The notes under the pieces are model-generated. The model worked only from the letters and a program-made list of their open reading frames with translations. It did not search any database and was not told the DNA's origin. Below, piece after piece: positions 59,363 through 64,000 of a stretch of DNA of 64,000 nucleotides. The translations under genes and the position numbers were made by a program. The DNA comes from an uncultured delta proteobacterium (GTDB lineage: Bacteria; Myxococcota_A; Polyangia; Fen-1088), in NCBI GenBank assembly GCA_963767925.1, contig CAVYGB010000013.1, positions 128,001 through 192,000 on the forward strand, in the 5' to 3' direction. Each line of letters opens with the position of its first letter. The first letter of the stretch is position 1.

Positions 59363-60698
59363 TCGTCCTGCCGCTCGACGCCGCCGCGGCGTCCCGGCGG
59401 TCGGGAGGTGGCCCGGCGGCTCGGGCGGGGCCGGGCTCCCTGCTGGCTGATGTCGCCCGGCGCGGGCGAGCTGGGGCTGCACCGCGAATACCTGGCCAGC
59501 GATCCGGTCCAGGTCGTGCGCGGCGATTCCCTGCCCGAGCTGGAGCAGGCCTGGCAGCGGGCGCGCGCCGCCTGGGCGGCGGGGCCCGAGACGCCGGTGG
59601 CGGTGGGCTACCTGTCTTACGATCTCGGCCGCCAGCTCGATCGGCTGCGCAGCCGGCCTCCCGGCCGCCTCGAGCTGGGCGCCCCTCGAGTTTCGCTTCT
59701 ACGACGCCTTCTGGGTGCAACGAGCCGGCCCGGGGGGCCAGCGCGATCTGGGCGGTCGACCGGGCGGCGGCCGAGGCGCTGCGCGTGCGGCTGGCGGTGG
59801 TCCCGCCCCCGCCGGCGCCACCCCACGCTGGACCCCCTGCTGCCGGTGGAGCCACCCGAGCGCTACCTGCGCGCGGCCGAGCGGGTGCTGGGCTACCTGC
59901 AGGCCGGCGACGTCTACCAGGTCAACCTGGCCCGCCGGTTGCGCGCCCGCTGCCGGGGCGACGGGCCGCCCGGCCTCGAGCTGTTCGCCCGGCTGGTCGA
60001 GCGGGCGCCGGCCCCCCACGCCCTGTGGCTGGCGGGGGAGGGCGGCCGGGCGCTGCTCGGCAACTCGCCGGAGCGGTTCCTGCGCCTGCAGGCCGACGGC
60101 GCCATCTCGACCGCGCCCATCAAGGGGACCCGCCCGCGCGGCGGCGCCGAGGACGCCGCCCGGATCGCCGAGCTGGTCGGCGCCCCCAAGGACCGGGCCG
60201 AACACGTCATGATCGTGGATCTCGAGCGCAACGATCTCGGGCGGATCTGCACCGGTCGGCTCGGTCACCGTAGAGGACCCCCTGCGCCTGCTGTCGCTGC
60301 CCAGCGTGTTTCACCTCGTGAGCACGGTGCGCGGCCAGCTCCGCCCCGGCCTGGGCCTGGCGGAGATCTTGCGAGCGACCTTCCCCGGGGGATCGATCAC
60401 CGGCGCGCCCAAGCTGCGGGCGATGGAGATCATCGACGAGCTCGAGCCAGCCAGCCGCGGTCCTTACACCGGCGCCAGCGGCTGGCTGGGGGCTGCCGGG
60501 GACTTCGATCTGGCGATCGCGATCCGCACCGCCCTGCTGGAGGACGAGACGCTCACCCTCTGGGTGGGCGGGGGCATCGTGGCCGACTCGTCACCGGAGG
60601 CCGAGCTGGAGGAGACGACGGTCAAGGCCGCCGCCTTCGCCGGCCTGGTCACCGAGCGCGGCGGCGCTACTCCCGCGGGCGCTCCACCACCCCGCTGA
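59359..60698 (+). CDS. pabB: Aminodeoxychorismate synthase component I (chorismate-binding family; frameshifted)
   Basis: VGYLSYDLG, AGDVYQVNL, SPERFL, PIKGT, KDRAEHVMIVDLERNDLG, FPGGSITGAPK, IAIRT, GGGIVADS. Confidence 0.88.
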
Positions 60699-61041
60699 CG
60701 GCCATCGGCCGCGCCTCCACGGTGGCGTCCTCGGGGTTGGATTCGTCGACGCCCTCGGCGAACTCCTCCGCGGAGGAGGTCTCCAGGAAAGGTCCCCCGA
60801 TCTCCTCGGACACGATCTGGTTCATCACCTCGTCGTCGACGTTGCCCCCGGTGGTCGCGGAGGCGACGAAGTCCTCGGCCAGCGTCTCGGCCAGGTCGTC
60901 GGGCGCGCGCGAGGGGCCGCCTTCCTGAGGATCGGGAAAAAATGCGTCAGCGGAATCGCTGCGCGCCGTCCGCTGGGCCAGCGTTCGGCGATCGTCGTTT
61001 GTGGAAAATTGCCGTCCGGATTGCTCGTCACGTTTGGCCAT
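60667..61041 (-). CDS. Acidic hypothetical protein
   Basis: GC3-biased ORF with DDLAETLAEDFVASATTG and EEIGGPFLETS; RBS GGGAG. Confidence 0.65.
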   Translation of the reverse strand: MAKRDEQSGRQFSTNDDRRTLAQRTARSDSADAFFPDPQEGGPSRAPDDLAETLAEDFVASATTGGNVDDEVMNQIVSEEIGGPFLETSSAEEFAEGVDESNPEDATVEARPMAVSGVVERPRE

Positions 61042-61253
61042 GAAGCTGTCTCCCCGGGTCTTCTCTCCCTCTGCGGGTTGCTCTGCTGCAGTCAAAGATG
61101 GGTCGAGAAACGTCGCGTGGCCCTAGTTTTGTCGTCATCGGGGGCAGGCCTGTTACCTGCAAAACGTTCGTTTTAGCCGGCCGCCGTGCGGGACCGCCGA
61201 GGCCCATTGCGGGAGGTGCGGAACCCTCCTAGGGTTCTGCCCAGAGAAAACAC

Positions 61254-64000
61254 TTGGGGCGGGCAGTTCTTCGACGGAGTTTTCAGGTCGCGGCGTGGGC
61301 CCTCGCCGCGATGGTCGGCCTCATCGCCCTGTGCGCCGTCCTGTTGCCGCTCGTCTTCCGGGGGCCCCGCCTGGCCTGGGCGCTGGGCAAGGCCTTGCCC
61401 CCCATGCAGGGGGAGATCCACCTCGGCGGTGGGCGGCTGGGGGTGGGGGCGCTGTTTTCGCTGGCCCTCGGGCGCCCGACCAGCCTGGTCCTGCAGGATC
61501 TGCGGGTGCTGGATCCGGAGGGGGTGGAGGTGTTCTGGGCGGCCGATCTGCGCGCCGCGCTCGCGGTGGAGCGCGCGCCCCTGCGGATCGTGATCCACGA
61601 CCTGCGCCCGGGTGTGTCGCGCTGGCGGCTGGCCCGCATGCGCACGCGGGGCGGGATCGGGTTCTTGGCGGCCTTCGTGCCGCGGGGCCGGCGTCCCGAG
61701 CTGGCCCCGCCCGGTCGGCCCGCCCCGCCGGTCGAGCGCGAGCGGCCCGTCCGGCCGGAGGGCGCGACGCGGCCCCCGGGTGAGCCCCGGCTGCAGTTCG
61801 CCATCGCCAGCGCCCACCTCGACGGCACCCGTGCCACCTTCGACTTTCCCGGCTGGGGGCTCGACCTGCAGGACATCCGCGCCACGGGCAGCTTCTGGGC
61901 CGGCCTGCGCGGCGACGGACGCCCGCCGATCGGCTTCGAGGTGCGCGATATCCACGCCCGCGGTGGCGGCGGCCTGCGCATCGGCGCGGGCCGCCAGGCC
62001 GCCCAGGTGCCCTTCGACAAGGCGCGCCTTCACTGGATCGGCACGCCGTCCCACGCGCCCGCCGACCTGCTGCTGCTCGTCTCGGGCGCCACAACCGGGC
62101 GCTCGCGGCTGTCGGGGCGGGCCCAGTTCGTCTCGCTGTTCGCTTCGCGGCGCGCCCTGACGGCGGCGCCCGGCCTGCCCCGGCCGGGCATGGAGATCGA
62201 CGCCGACTGGGAGGAGGCCGCCGACGCTCTCGACGCCCTGGTCAAGCAGCGGGGCCTGCGCGGCGTCGCGGTGGCCGGCGAGGGGGCCCACGTGGAGGTC
62301 CGGGTCCGGGGCCCCTTCCGGCAGCTACAGGGCCGCTTCGAGGCGGAGAAGCTGGATCTCACGGTGGCCGGGTTCCGGCTGCGCGACCTGGCCCTCGACC
62401 TCGGCCTGCGCACGTCGCCGCTGCGGGTCGGGCTCGACCGCCTGTCCTTCAAGTCGCCCGGCGGGGGCGGCATAGAGGCCTACGGCGTGTTCTCCGGATC
62501 GGGCAACGCCCGCCTGCGCATGCAGGTCGACCGGCTGGCGACCGGCGCGCTGGTGCCGCCCTACCTGCGCCCGCTGGTGGGGGGCACCGCCCAGGGCTGG
62601 CTGGCGGCGCGGGCGGACATCCCGCGCCAGTCGTTCGTCCTCGAAGGGATGGAGCTGACGCTCGAGCGAGATCGGCGCGGCCCGCTGCCCCGGACCATCC
62701 GCCTCTTCACGGGCGCGCCCAGCGGCGCCGCCACCACCGGCGACGTGCTGCACGGCAGCCTCGAGGGGGTGCGCTACCAGCGGGGGACGCTGAGCGTGCG
62801 GCGGGCGGCGGCCAGCGCCTTCGGGGCCCAGGTGGCGGCCTCGCTGGCGCTGCACACCCGCGGCCTGGACCGCGACGGCAAGACGCCCCACCTCGAGTTC
62901 GGGTTCGATGCCCGCAACCTCGACCTGCGCAAGGCCCTGCCCCGGTTCCCCGTCTCGGGGAGGCTGTCGATGTCGGCCCGGGCCAGCGGACCGCTCGACG
63001 ACCTCACGGCCCACCTGCGCTTCTTGCCGCCCGGCCGGCTGACCGTGTTCGACCAGCCCTACGGGCTGCCGCCGCAGGTGGATCTGCGGGTGCGCGGCGA
63101 TCTGCTGGTCCTCTCGCCGTTTTCGCTGGCTCCGCCCGGCGGGGGCCAGCTCACGGTGGCGGGCAAGCTGGTCTTCGACCGCGAGGTCGAGCTCGATCTC
63201 GATCTGCGGGACCACCGGCTGGATCGCCTCCCGGTCCTGGCGCGCCGGATGGTGGGGGTGGCGGGCGACGTGTCGGCCAGCCTGCGGCTGCGCGGCCGCC
63301 CCGAAGAGCCCCGCCTGTCCGGGACCCTCGATCTCGACGCGCGGGAGGTCCCGCTGACCGCGCTGCTGCCCGGCGTGCCCGGGCTGGATCGGGCCGGCCT
63401 GCGCCTGGCGGGCGGGTTCGAGCTGGCGGTGTCCCGGCGCAAGCCGATGCAGATCGGGGCCGAGATCCGCGACCTGCAGCTCGCCTACGGCTGCTCGGGC
63501 GCGCGCCGGCCGGTCCGGGCCGGGAGCTGCGTGCGCTTCCAGAATAGCGGTCCGATGCGGCTGCGTTCGGTGGGCGGCATGCGGCGGATCGAGCTCGACC
63601 GGACCCGCCTGCGCACGGCGGGCAGCGACTTCTCGCTGGCCGGCCGGCTCTCCGAGGGGGACCTCGACGCCCGGCTCGAGGGTCGCTTCGCGGTCGGCCT
63701 GTTCGAGCCCTTCTACCGCCGCTGGCCCGTCTCGGTCGCCGGCACCATCGGGGCGGCGCTGCACGTCGGCGGCTCGACCCGGGCGCCTCGGGTCGAGGGC
63801 ACCCTCCGCGTCGCCGAGCCGCTGGTGGTGCGGCACCGCTCGGGCCGGATCGAGCTGCAGATGGTGGAGGGCGAGCTGGCCCTGCGCGGCGGCCGGCTGT
63901 TCGCCTCCGGGGTCCAGCTCCTGGGCCACGGGGTGCGCCTGCGGCTCGACGGCGAGGCCCCGGGCGGGCGCGCCGATCCCGACAGCCCGCTGCGCCTGCG
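61254..64000 (+). CDS. AsmA/TamB-like large envelope protein (runs off the window end)
   Basis: Uninterrupted frame to the window edge (not in the ORF track because it has no stop); N-terminal TM anchor, then DLRVLDPEG and beta-rich repeats such as GRPEEPRLSGTL. Confidence 0.65.
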   Translation, partial: MGRAVLRRSFQVAAWALAAMVGLIALCAVLLPLVFRGPRLAWALGKALPPMQGEIHLGGGRLGVGALFSLALGRPTSLVLQDLRVLDPEGVEVFWAADLRAALAVERAPLRIVIHDLRPGVSRWRLARMRTRGGIGFLAAFVPRGRRPELAPPGRPAPPVERERPVRPEGATRPPGEPRLQFAIASAHLDGTRATFDFPGWGLDLQDIRATGSFWAGLRGDGRPPIGFEVRDIHARGGGGLRIGAGRQAAQVPFDKARLHWIGTPSHAPADLLLLVSGATTGRSRLSGRAQFVSLFASRRALTAAPGLPRPGMEIDADWEEAADALDALVKQRGLRGVAVAGEGAHVEVRVRGPFRQLQGRFEAEKLDLTVAGFRLRDLALDLGLRTSPLRVGLDRLSFKSPGGGGIEAYGVFSGSGNARLRMQVDRLATGALVPPYLRPLVGGTAQGWLAARADIPRQSFVLEGMELTLERDRRGPLPRTIRLFTGAPSGAATTGDVLHGSLEGVRYQRGTLSVRRAAASAFGAQVAASLALHTRGLDRDGKTPHLEFGFDARNLDLRKALPRFPVSGRLSMSARASGPLDDLTAHLRFLPPGRLTVFDQPYGLPPQVDLRVRGDLLVLSPFSLAPPGGGQLTVAGKLVFDREVELDLDLRDHRLDRLPVLARRMVGVAGDVSASLRLRGRPEEPRLSGTLDLDAREVPLTALLPGVPGLDRAGLRLAGGFELAVSRRKPMQIGAEIRDLQLAYGCSGARRPVRAGSCVRFQNSGPMRLRSVGGMRRIELDRTRLRTAGSDFSLAGRLSEGDLDARLEGRFAVGLFEPFYRRWPVSVAGTIGAALHVGGSTRAPRVEGTLRVAEPLVVRHRSGRIELQMVEGELALRGGRLFASGVQLLGHGVRLRLDGEAPGGRADPDSPLRL

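Noticed and set aside
43692..60698. Apparent mass pseudogenisation or programmed frameshifting of etfA, etfB, macro, serB, nadB, SLT, TPR, pgsA and pabB
   Set aside because: The breaks are single-base indels in otherwise intact, partly essential genes. They cluster in two blocks (about 44.2-46.0 and 53.8-60.3 kb) with clean sequence between, which is typical of low-coverage long-read consensus errors. Read polishing would settle it.

Overview
High-GC chromosomal window, most consistent with a Myxococcota (Polyangia-like) bacterium: it has a MYXO-CTERM protein, an FHA-sigma54 activator, Ser/Thr kinases, CarD/CdnL and several Cys-rich lipoproteins. From left to right it holds a tyrosine integrase ending next to a tmRNA-3'-end-like att fragment; GNAT, Tat-enolase and pcm genes; minCDE; a sigma54-type small-protein unit; an EEP nuclease/phosphatase operon; a kinase/activator signalling block; ribF; a mosaic phosphatase/phytase-like lipoprotein; tctCBA; and MoxR-DUF58-transglutaminase. 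The standout is an unusual lasso-peptide-type RiPP locus at about 33.4-37.2 kb. Cyclase, precursor and a divergent B2 peptidase lie on +, and an RRE plus an RRE-fused HPr-kinase-like gene lie on -. The locus is back-to-back with a roughly 1,670-aa FG-GAP/MYXO-CTERM surface protein, followed by a nucleotidyltransferase. The predicted 30-aa core has a Gly1-Asp8 ring, two tail cysteines and Leu instead of the usual Thr at leader position -2. The right part carries etfAB, a macro-domain gene, carD, rlmD, a pilin, serB, nadB, a lytic transglycosylase, pgsA, pabB and a truncated TamB/AsmA-like gene. Many of these show frameshifts that are probably long-read consensus errors. All calls are motif-based by eye and no database searches were run. 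Start codons were re-picked by hand and are approximate.
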